Below, piece by piece: positions 57,108 to 64,000 of a DNA stretch of 64,000 nt (its first letter is position 1; each line of letters opens with the position of its first letter). Under the pieces are notes generated by a model. It was given only the letters and a program-made list of their open reading frames with translations, had not been told where the DNA came from and ran no database searches. Source of the stretch: a virus (Duplodnaviria; Caudoviricetes); the IMG/VR virus record IMGVR_UViG_3300044767_000023, positions 1-64,000 of that record; one strand, 5' to 3'. A program made the position numbers and the translations under genes.

Positions 57108-57383
57108 GGGAGGCGGGGCCTTTAGTTAAGCGGGGTCAGGCAGGAATGGCGCTCTACCTCGGGGAGCAGGGATCCATCCCAGTGCACACCGAACAGGGTA
57201 AATACCGGACGGCCTAGGTCCACCAGGGTGGCTAAATAGGGGCAATCGGCCCGGTGCAGCCTAACCTCGCCACTCAACTCTTCCGCCAGAGCGATATCCA
57301 CGATGCCTCCGGCTAGTCCAGCTGGAAAACCCAGCGGAATTACTAACGATCTGCCTTCGTGGAGGGGAGCCTGCGGACGGGAC

Positions 57384-57866
57384 TTAGACCCGCTCGACCG
57401 CCGCTCGTTCTAGGTAGACTGGAGTGTACTCACTCAGGAAACGCAGCAGGACGCAGACGCGCTCGTGGGTGGTCATGCCTTGGAACAAACCGATATGCTC
57501 GGCGAACGGTCCGCGCAGTAGTCGCACGCGGTCACCGGCCTGCAACTCTTCCTGCGAGGCTAGGACGACGTTGCCGTTAGCGTTTTCGCGCGCACGCAGG
57601 GACTCGATTATGGGAGCGGGGACGAGTGCGGGCCGTTCGCCGAAGTGGACAACGCTGACGATGCCGGGCAGCGAGTTCAGCCAGCCGAAACTGCCGTCAC
57701 GGACAAACGCAAACAGATAGGAGGCGAACAGGACGGTGCGCCGTTTCAGCTTCTGATCCCAGAAGGTCGGGAGGTAGCAGGCTTGCCCGACCCGGTGGAC
57801 ATGCCGGACGGCGAGGCGCTCGCGTTGCGGTTGGGTGCGGACCAAAATCCAATTCCCCTCGGCCAA
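57384..57866 (-). CDS. NusG/RfaH-family transcription antiterminator
   Basis: WILVRTQPQRE, LFASYLF, GIVSVVHFG..PALVP, KOW GDRVRLLRGPF. Confidence 0.9.
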   Translation of the reverse strand: MAEGNWILVRTQPQRERLAVRHVHRVGQACYLPTFWDQKLKRRTVLFASYLFAFVRDGSFGWLNSLPGIVSVVHFGERPALVPAPIIESLRARENANGNVVLASQEELQAGDRVRLLRGPFAEHIGLFQGMTTHERVCVLLRFLSEYTPVYLERAAVERV

Positions 57867-57974
57867 GCCCGTTTTCCCTGAGTTTTTAGGCCTTTTCCGG
57901 GGTCCCAGCCGGATTGGGCGATATGGCGCTTGGGTTGAGGAACTTATACCAGCCTTATGGCTCGGTCAAGGTCG

Positions 57975-58065
57975 GCCGGAAACCGCGTTTTGGCGCGATT
58001 TCAGCGGGTTAGGCTAGGGCGGTGAAGGGGCAGGCGGGAAAACGCTTCCTTGGGCCGTTTCCGGC
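57975..58065. repeat. Imperfect palindrome (copy 2 of 3) within an A/T-tract-phased intergenic region
   Basis: CGCGATTT at 57994 ... AAAACGCTTCCTTGGGCC at 58039; also 16-bp direct repeat GATTTCAGCGGGTTAG at 57997 and 58130. Confidence 0.6.
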
Positions 58066-58190
58066 GGTCCTAGCCGAGGTTCGAACGGGGTAAAACCCTG
58101 GGGACCCGGCATCAAAGGGAAAAGCGACGGATTTCAGCGGGTTAGCGGGGACTTGTTCGAAATTCCAAAATTTCCGGGGTACTGCGCGCT

Positions 58191-58427
58191 TTAGCTCGCT
58201 AGACCAAGCTGCAACCGCAGCTGCTCAATCTCTTTCTGCCAACCACCGACGAGACGGAGTAGCAGGACCCGACTGCGATCGCCTTGATGCATTTTATCGG
58301 CAGCAGTCTGGCAGGCTAGCTTATGTTCCTCGAACAATTCAAGTAGCTTGACACTGGGCGCGGCCACGGTCCGCAAACCCTTATCTGCACCAGCTCTCAC
58401 AGCACCACTCCTTTTTTGCTCTTGCAT
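58191..58427 (-). CDS. Hypothetical protein
   Basis: 78 aa. Confidence 0.45.
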   Translation of the reverse strand: MQEQKRSGAVRAGADKGLRTVAAPSVKLLELFEEHKLACQTAADKMHQGDRSRVLLLRLVGGWQKEIEQLRLQLGLAS

Positions 58428-58482
58428 TCTAGATTGATATCAAATCAGGGATTTTGCAAGTCCAGGTTTTCCAGTGGCTAGG

Positions 58483-59325
58483 TCACTCCTCCTGCTTGAG
58501 AAGTTGCGACGGCCACACTCGATCCTTTACGCAAATCCCGGAAGCGAATGGATCCAGGTGGGTCCCTTGCGGGCAGGAGCCGCCGAGCGGCCCGTCGATC
58601 CAACTCTGCTGTGGCGCTGCTGGCGCCTTGGCCTCCACCGGCTTGGACGCCGGGGCGTTAGTGACGATCCCGTCCTTGCGCAATTGCGCCTCGACGTAGG
58701 CGGTGACGTTGGCGAAGATCGCAAAGAAGTTCTCCCGCGCATTCTGGTTGGTCGGGGGCGAGATCAAGCGGGCGCCAGCTTCTGCAAACGCTTCCTTCGG
58801 CGCTTCCAGATAATGGGCGTAGGCCAGGACAATCCGCCGGTCGTCCTCGCTAACATCGTTGCCCTTGAGATAAGCCGTCACCTTGGCCTTGTCTTTCTGG
58901 AAGGCTGCGACGAAGGCCTTGGCCTTGGACTTCTCCGGGTTAACTTCGAAATCGTACAGGTGCATCATCTCGTGGAGCACCACGCGATATTGATGTTCCG
59001 CGCTCAGCGCGCTCATACTTTTTTCGACGAAGACGAGCCGGCTAACCGACTTGCCCAAAATCCGATTAGCCTGCCCGTAAAATCTAACGTCGTCCCGGAA
59101 GGCGGCTTTGTCGACAAGCGGCATCTTCCTCAAAGTCTCGAGGTTGACGGCGAACACGGTCGGGTTGCCAACACGGGCCCGGAGCTGGGCGGGAGTGCCA
59201 TCGTACATCTGGCTAACCGAACGCGCAAAGGTCTCGATCGAAGTAGGGGTGTAGGAAACGTTGATGGCCTGGGCCGGGGCGGCAATCAGCGAGCCTGCAA
59301 TCACGGCCGAGATGAAGGACTTCAT
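58483..59325 (-). CDS. Secreted zinc metallopeptidase (HEXXH..EAFAE; ATLF-like)
   Basis: Signal peptide MKSFISAVIAGSLIAAPAQA; VVLHEMMH; HYLEAPKEAFAE. Confidence 0.75.
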   Translation of the reverse strand: MKSFISAVIAGSLIAAPAQAINVSYTPTSIETFARSVSQMYDGTPAQLRARVGNPTVFAVNLETLRKMPLVDKAAFRDDVRFYGQANRILGKSVSRLVFVEKSMSALSAEHQYRVVLHEMMHLYDFEVNPEKSKAKAFVAAFQKDKAKVTAYLKGNDVSEDDRRIVLAYAHYLEAPKEAFAEAGARLISPPTNQNARENFFAIFANVTAYVEAQLRKDGIVTNAPASKPVEAKAPAAPQQSWIDGPLGGSCPQGTHLDPFASGICVKDRVWPSQLLKQEE

Positions 59326-59340
59326 GGGTCGTCTCCGTTG

Positions 59341-59395
59341 GGGTTTGAGTTAAGTCACCTCCCTAGTTAACTCAACCCACGGATAAGTCAACAGC
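59341..59395 (-). promoter_or_regulatory. Putative early promoter/operator GTTGACTTA-N7-GTTGAGTTA
   Basis: Boxes at 59384-59392 and 59368-59376, inverted third box at 59344-59352. Confidence 0.6.
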
Positions 59396-59402
59396 CAAAT
59401 AT

Positions 59403-59428
59403 AAAAAAGCCCCGGACGAACCGGGGCC
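59403..59428 (-). terminator. Intrinsic terminator
   Basis: GCCCCGG-TTCGT-CCGGGGC followed by TTTTTT. Confidence 0.85.
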
Positions 59429-59459
59429 TGTGCTTAGGTGCTGAAATGAGTTGCGGGCT

Positions 59460-59666
59460 TTATCCGACCGGAGCCTGCCCGTAACAATCGTAGCAAGGGC
59501 AAACCGCATTGCCGTGGACTAGGCTGGAAGCGTGCCACACCGCGGCCTTGCCTCCACTCTGGTCGGTCTCGTAACACAGCCTTGCGACCGCCTTGGCGTT
59601 CTCTTCGCTAATGTCGCGAATGCTGCACTTAGCTAGATAGATCCAACCTTCAAAGGTACGGCTCAT
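59460..59666 (-). CDS. Small Cys-containing hypothetical
   Basis: 68 aa, CPCYDC; ATGA coupling. Confidence 0.6.
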   Translation of the reverse strand: MSRTFEGWIYLAKCSIRDISEENAKAVARLCYETDQSGGKAAVWHASSLVHGNAVCPCYDCYGQAPVG

Positions 59667-59839
59667 TTGAGCACCACCTTTTCCACAACGCTGCGATCAT
59701 CCAAGGCAGCGCGATACTCATTGATCGCGCCGGCGAAGCGCGGGTCCAAGGCATCCAGCTGCTCCAGCTGTTGGCGCGCCAACTCCACACGCGCCTGGGC
59801 CTGCAGGATGCGGTCGATGCGAGTAATCCTCCGGGTCAT
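59663..59839 (-). CDS. Hypothetical protein
   Basis: Start MTRRITR, GGAGG SD. Confidence 0.6.
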   Translation of the reverse strand: MTRRITRIDRILQAQARVELARQQLEQLDALDPRFAGAINEYRAALDDRSVVEKVVLK

Positions 59840-60018
59840 CGCACGGCCTCCATCAACCGGGCTTCGCCACCGTGGCGAGCGGCGTAGGCGAGGGCGCGCT
59901 GCTCGGTAATCCCGAACATACGCTGCGAAAGGTGCGGGCCGATCCACTGCCAGTTGGCCGGGGCGGTCTGCATCGCCTCGGCGAGGGCGCGGAACTGGAG
60001 AAGGGAAGCTTCGGTCAT
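59836..60018 (-). CDS. Hypothetical protein
   Basis: AACGGAG SD. Confidence 0.65.
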   Translation of the reverse strand: MTEASLLQFRALAEAMQTAPANWQWIGPHLSQRMFGITEQRALAYAARHGGEARLMEAVR

Positions 60019-60050
60019 GTTCGTTACTCCGTTTGAGTTGTATTGCAGGA

Positions 60051-60257
60051 TTAGAATTTGAATGCGATGCGCTGCTCTAGAGCGCGAAGGTCTTGACCAT
60101 TTTTCTTGACTGTCTCGCGACGAGCGCGAATTTCCGCGTCAGCGCGCACGAATGCATGGTGCCACTTGTTGCGCTCGGTCCGGGTTAGGCGCTGGTACAG
60201 CATCTCGTTGGCGAACGACCGGTTGGCGATTAGGTCTTGCATGGAGAGGTGGGTCAT
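60051..60257 (-). CDS. Hypothetical protein
   Basis: AACGGAG SD; first gene after promoter. Confidence 0.65.
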   Translation of the reverse strand: MTHLSMQDLIANRSFANEMLYQRLTRTERNKWHHAFVRADAEIRARRETVKKNGQDLRALEQRIAFKF

Positions 60258-60294
60258 TTCCGTTACTCCGTTTCCGTTCTGCGTTCCTAACTTG

Positions 60295-60330
60295 AGTAAG
60301 ATAGCTCATTGCCAATCTAAGTCAACGGAA
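60295..60330 (-). promoter_or_regulatory. Sigma70-like early promoter TTGACT-16-TATCTT containing GTTGACTTA box
   Basis: Minus strand GTTGACTTAGATTGGCAATGAGCTATCTT. Confidence 0.65.
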
Positions 60331-60448
60331 AATATGACTCACTTTCTTTCTTTGTTTACTCATTTGGGTAATATTATGACCTGCGCCTGCAAAGCCGGGG
60401 GCATTGGTCCCAAAGGAAAAGGCCCCAACCGGGGCCTTCGCGGGATCG

Positions 60449-60538
60449 GCCTAAGAGGGCCTAGGACGCGATTTGGCCCGGGGGCAGGTAGGCGAGCCTA
60501 GGGCAGGCCTAGAAAACGCTCCTAGGCCTTGCCCTAGG
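60449..60538. repeat. CCTAGG-rich imperfect palindrome (copy 3 of 3)
   Basis: GGCCTAGGA(60458)-CGCGATTT..TAGGC-GA-GCCTA..AAAACGC-TCCTAGGCC(60528). Confidence 0.7.
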
Positions 60539-60866
60539 CGCTCCCGGTCGTATCCGGGGGCACCGGAAGCGACCCTATCCGGGGGGCTCCTGGCTCTGGC
60601 TCGTCCTCGTCTTCGTCCTCGTCTTCCGCTTCCTCGGGCCTAGCCGGGTCCGGCTCGAACACCGAGATCATATCATTCAGCACTTCGAGGGTTACCTTGG
60701 CGTTTGTGGACCGCAGGACGGACCGGGCGGTCTTGAGCGCAGTAACGTAGGCAGCATCGTAGGCGGCCCGGGCGGCAGCCCCCACCGCGTGGTCCATCAC
60801 GCTCGTTAAGGCATTCTCGTCATTTTCGGTTTCTTCTTCTAGGCCTAGGTGTGCCTCGTTCATCAT
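60534..60866 (-). CDS. Acidic hypothetical protein
   Basis: Start MMNEAH after GGAGG; EDEDEDE tract. Confidence 0.6.
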   Translation of the reverse strand: MMNEAHLGLEEETENDENALTSVMDHAVGAAARAAYDAAYVTALKTARSVLRSTNAKVTLEVLNDMISVFEPDPARPEEAEDEDEDEDEPEPGAPRIGSLPVPPDTTGSA

Positions 60867-61056
60867 AGTCGGTTCCTCCTTCTGGCTTGGGCGGGTGGAT
60901 AATATCCTGCAGCTCAATGGCGAGCCGCTCCAGCTCCTGCGACTCGTTGATCTGGCCTTTGCGTCGCAGCCGGGCGGCGAGGGCAAAGAGCGCGAGCGCA
61001 GTCGAGGCCATCGCCTCCCTAAGGTGCCGGACCTCGTGGGTCACGTCATCGGTCAT
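60820..61056 (-). CDS. Hypothetical protein
   Basis: 78 aa. Confidence 0.55.
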   Translation of the reverse strand: MTDDVTHEVRHLREAMASTALALFALAARLRRKGQINESQELERLAIELQDIIHPPKPEGGTDYDERGTPRPRRRNRK

Positions 61057-61170
61057 GGTAACGCCGCCGGCGTCGAAATGGGAGCAGCAAGTCCAGCAGT
61101 TCGTCCCAGCAGATCATAACCTGATCTAGGAAACCGTAGGCCACATCAAATAGGCCAGCGAACCAATCCA

Positions 61171-61965
61171 TCACTCTACCTCGGCCCAAAGATGTGTTTG
61201 CAGGGAAAGCCGGAAGCCGTACTTCATCGCGAGCGCAGCGGCGTAGCGATGATTGGCTTTGCAGCGCTGGAAGTCGAGCGGCGAGCCGAGCGTGTCCCAG
61301 AACCCTACCGGCTCGTCCTTGGAAAATGGCACGCGGCGATAGTGGTTGATCGGGCTAACGTAGCACGGATGGCCAGCACCGCGGCTAAGATATTCGAAGG
61401 CGAATGGCGGCACCTTGTGATAGGGGGACTTCTCGTCGGCATCCACCAAGATTTTAAGGCAGCTGGAAGCCTTCAGCAGCTTCGGCTTGATGACCGGATA
61501 CTCGAGCCGCTGATTGACCTTGGGCGAGAGCACCACCATCAGCCATTCCTGATGCCGGCTGGTCACCGTATCCATTTCGTCTGACCAAAAATAGCCGTTG
61601 GTTTCGATCTGCACTAGCCAACCATGATTGAGGAAATACTCCACCAGCCGGAATGGATTTTGCAGCAGCGGCTCGCCTCCGGTCAGCACCAGGATTTTGC
61701 GCTTGCCGAGCGCGAAGTCTTCAGCCTCGGTTAGCAGATCGCAGATGCGGCGCACCTTGCCTTCCTTCAGCTTGAAGTCGGTGTCGCACCATTCGCAGCT
61801 GTGCTTAGCTCCCAGATTGCACCCGGCTAGGCGCAGGAAGACCGCAAACTGTCCGGCGAGCGGTCCCTCGCCCTGCAGAGTGGGGAACATCTTGGTGACG
61901 AGGACTTCGCTTTCGGTCTGGGTGTAGTCTTTGACCTTGGCGTTGACGTCCTGATTTATAATCAT
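61171..61965 (-). CDS. queE: 7-carboxy-7-deazaguanine synthase (radical SAM)
   Basis: FPTLQGEG, FLRLAGCNL..CEWCDT, LTGGEPLLQ, IETNG, LSPK, RLSLQTH. Confidence 0.92.
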   Translation of the reverse strand: MIINQDVNAKVKDYTQTESEVLVTKMFPTLQGEGPLAGQFAVFLRLAGCNLGAKHSCEWCDTDFKLKEGKVRRICDLLTEAEDFALGKRKILVLTGGEPLLQNPFRLVEYFLNHGWLVQIETNGYFWSDEMDTVTSRHQEWLMVVLSPKVNQRLEYPVIKPKLLKASSCLKILVDADEKSPYHKVPPFAFEYLSRGAGHPCYVSPINHYRRVPFSKDEPVGFWDTLGSPLDFQRCKANHRYAAALAMKYGFRLSLQTHLWAEVE

Positions 61966-62306
61966 GGCCGCTCTCGCTCCAATCGTTCTAGGCGCTCGTT
62001 GATGCGCGCGATCCAGACGTGGAAATAGGACCACGGCACCGGCTCGGAAAGCACTCTAGCGTTCTGGGAAGTTTCCAGACCAAGCATGAGACGGATATCC
62101 CGTAATGCCGTTTTTACTTCGTCGAGCGTCTGCACGTTGGTTTGGATCGCCTGCGTGCTGGCTTCGATCGTATTCACGCTGCGAGTCACGCGGGTTTGGA
62201 TTGCATCTTGGACTCGCCTTAGCTCCGCCCGCAATGCGTCTAGCTCCTGCATCGATGCGAACTCGAGCGGGCGAGTAACCCTAGGCCGTCTGGGCGGGCG
62301 CGGCAT
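61962..62306 (-). CDS. Coiled-coil hypothetical protein
   Basis: 114 aa, coupled to queE. Confidence 0.65.
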   Translation of the reverse strand: MPRPPRRPRVTRPLEFASMQELDALRAELRRVQDAIQTRVTRSVNTIEASTQAIQTNVQTLDEVKTALRDIRLMLGLETSQNARVLSEPVPWSYFHVWIARINERLERLERERP

Positions 62307-62307
62307 C

Positions 62308-62520
62308 CTAGACCTTCGTAATTAGAACGGCCACTCGATCGCCTACCTTGAGCGAGGTTGGTGCGGTGTGCCCGACATAGAGGTATTCCATACTGTCCTC
62401 CAGCAGCAGGTAGAAGCCGAGGTCTTCGGTCTCGGTCTTGACGTCATCGCCTTCCTTCCAGGCCCGCAGCACCCGGCTCTTTTGCTCGATCTTCTGCACC
62501 CGGCTGTAGAACTTAATCAT
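62308..62520 (-). CDS. Small beta (OB-like) hypothetical
   Basis: Start MIKFY; LKVGDRVAVLI. Confidence 0.6.
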   Translation of the reverse strand: MIKFYSRVQKIEQKSRVLRAWKEGDDVKTETEDLGFYLLLEDSMEYLYVGHTAPTSLKVGDRVAVLITKV

Positions 62521-62803
62521 GGGCGGCGCGGAGGGCCTGATAGAAGGTTTCATCCGCCCTCAAAGCTGCGGCTTGCGCGTCGTGTAGCGCGTTATATTCG
62601 GCGTCCAATTTCATTGACCAGTTGCCACGTCCTCTCTCAGCGCGGACTAATTCAAGCCGTTGGTTATAAGCTTCGGAAGCCTTGTGATAGGCGTCGTGAG
62701 CCATGAACCACTCGCGTTGTTGTTCATCGAGCTTCTGTGCGAGGTTGCGCTCGCGGCGCAAGCTATCAATCGTATCCGTCAGTGGAGGATCAGAACCGTT
62801 CAT
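62513..62803 (-). CDS. Hypothetical helical protein
   Basis: 96 aa, overlaps neighbours. Confidence 0.6.
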   Translation of the reverse strand: MNGSDPPLTDTIDSLRRERNLAQKLDEQQREWFMAHDAYHKASEAYNQRLELVRAERGRGNWSMKLDAEYNALHDAQAAALRADETFYQALRAAHD

Positions 62804-63153
62804 GGCTTGGCCTGCATATATTTTCTGAGCTTAGGGCCCTTCTCGTGGTAGCCCCTTTGGGCTTCCTGCTGATCGACCAATCCGCACTCGCTTAGTAAGT
62901 CCCAGACGTAGCACATCTGGCCGTACTCACGCGACATGCGCTGGATATTGTTATCATCATGCCCAGGTTGGATTTGCTTGGCACCGAAGCGCTGGATTTT
63001 GCAGGCTCGTTGGCCGACCTCGAGCATTTCCTCGATCAAGCAAGTAAGCAGCTCGTCTTCGTAAGGAGTAGGAAGCGCCTCGGGAGTAATCCAGCGCCCG
63101 TCCGTTTCGGCGATATGAAGCGCATCCGCTTCCTTGTCCGACATCTTAGTCAT
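62800..63153 (-). CDS. MazG-like nucleotide pyrophosphohydrolase (degenerate)
   Basis: LTCLIEEMLEVGQRACKIQRFG..REYG. Confidence 0.55.
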   Translation of the reverse strand: MTKMSDKEADALHIAETDGRWITPEALPTPYEDELLTCLIEEMLEVGQRACKIQRFGAKQIQPGHDDNNIQRMSREYGQMCYVWDLLSECGLVDQQEAQRGYHEKGPKLRKYMQAKP

Positions 63154-63356
63154 CGTGCATCCTTTCCAGGGCAGTTGTCGCCGCGCGCGGTGATGGTCTT
63201 GCTCGCGACGCGAGCATCAAGGTGCTTACGCAGGGCGCTATGCTTCTCACACGACCAGCCATCGGCGGCGATCGCTAGATAACGGCAGGTGAAGTAGCCT
63301 TTGCCAATCTTGCAAACTTCCTTAGTCCACGCGTCCGTGGGATAATCTTTTCTCAT
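63150..63356 (-). CDS. Small Cys-rich hypothetical
   Basis: CKIGKG..CRYL..CEK..ARGDNC. Confidence 0.65.
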   Translation of the reverse strand: MRKDYPTDAWTKEVCKIGKGYFTCRYLAIAADGWSCEKHSALRKHLDARVASKTITARGDNCPGKDAR

Positions 63357-64000
63357 AGGTGTGCACCATTGGCGTCCAGTGTGACCACGATCGAGTTAGC
63401 AAACCGGCTCGACTGTACCGCAGAATGGTCGGTGTAGTAAATCTGCATCTGACGCTGCGACGCCCGGTCGGCTAGCGCGTCCACGATATCACACACGCCA
63501 CGCGAAGTGATCGACCTTGACGGCTCGTCGAGTATTTCCATCGACGGCCTAACTCCGGCGCGCTCCAGTAGCACGTCCGACAACGCCAGCGAACCAATCA
63601 AGCGCAGCCGCTGCTGCTGCCCACCCGACCAGCTTTCGAACCGCACCGGGCCGGAGTTATGCGGCGAGATTATTTCCACGTTCAGGGCCCGGCTCACGTT
63701 GCCGGATTGAGTCTCGCGTTCGATGCTATAGCGGATCGCCCAACCCATCAAGCCAAACTGGTCTAGCAATGCATTACTGGCCACTTCTAGCTCCAACAGG
63801 ACTTCCTCGATCACGAATAGCCGGACATCCTTGAAGCCCTTGACCCAAAACGCGGTGCGTGCCCGATCCCGGGTCTTGGCCTCAATCTCTTCCTGGGCTC
63901 CACGGATATTCTCCTTGGCCTGAGCTCGCTGAGAACGCAGCTGCGCCAGCTGAAACTCGAACGGGTTCTCTTCGCGCTCGCGCCGGGACTTGGTGACCTT
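63353..64000 (-). CDS. SbcC/Rad50 (gp46-like) recombination ATPase, C-terminal part (runs off window)
   Basis: WSGGQQQR signature, EILDEP Walker B, YTDH; frame open to window end with coiled coil. Confidence 0.88.
   Translation of the reverse strand, partial: KVTKSRREREENPFEFQLAQLRSQRAQAKENIRGAQEEIEAKTRDRARTAFWVKGFKDVRLFVIEEVLLELEVASNALLDQFGLMGWAIRYSIERETQSGNVSRALNVEIISPHNSGPVRFESWSGGQQQRLRLIGSLALSDVLLERAGVRPSMEILDEPSRSITSRGVCDIVDALADRASQRQMQIYYTDHSAVQSSRFANSIVVTLDANGAHL

Noticed and set aside
57270-57292. ops element for the RfaH-like protein (GGCGGAAGAGTT on minus strand)
   Set aside because: Several mismatches to GGCGGTAGnnTG; not distinguishable from chance
1-64000. Stop-codon reassignment, suggested by frequent CTAG/TAG
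   Set aside because: Conserved genes are intact in the standard code and TAG ends genes at expected positions (e.g. sheath, terS, chaperone)

Overview
The whole window is part of a GC-rich tailed dsDNA phage genome. The host is probably a Rhizobiales-type alphaproteobacterium, inferred from an RHH_4 protein, an RfaH/NusG-like late regulator and small secreted proteins. Bases 1-10,079 (+) are early/accessory genes: an amidoligase plus gamma-glutamylcyclotransferase pair, many small ORFs, and a repeat-delimited mini-gene array. About 10,059-57,866 (-) is one long late region. In transcription order it encodes a NusG/RfaH paralog, HNH, small and large terminase, a protease-capsid fusion, portal, a collagen-like protein, a six-gene glycosyl/methyltransferase block, neck genes, a Mu/SfV-like contractile sheath and tube, a frameshifted chaperone, THREE tandem paralogous tape-measure-like proteins each with a different peptidoglycan-hydrolase cargo, baseplate, fibres, and a lysis region interrupted by a processive GT2 synthase plus HlyD-like adaptor. 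Bases 58,191-64,000 (-) hold further early/DNA-metabolism genes: a secreted HEXXH metallopeptidase, QueE, a MazG-like protein and a truncated SbcC-like ATPase. No integrase, tRNA, CRISPR array or reverse transcriptase was seen. The best candidates for new biology are the triple tape-measure/hydrolase set, a probable virion-glycosylation system with Ser-Pro loops in structural proteins, the two-gene exopolysaccharide synthase, and the repeat-bounded cassette array. All family assignments are from motif recognition by eye, not database searches.
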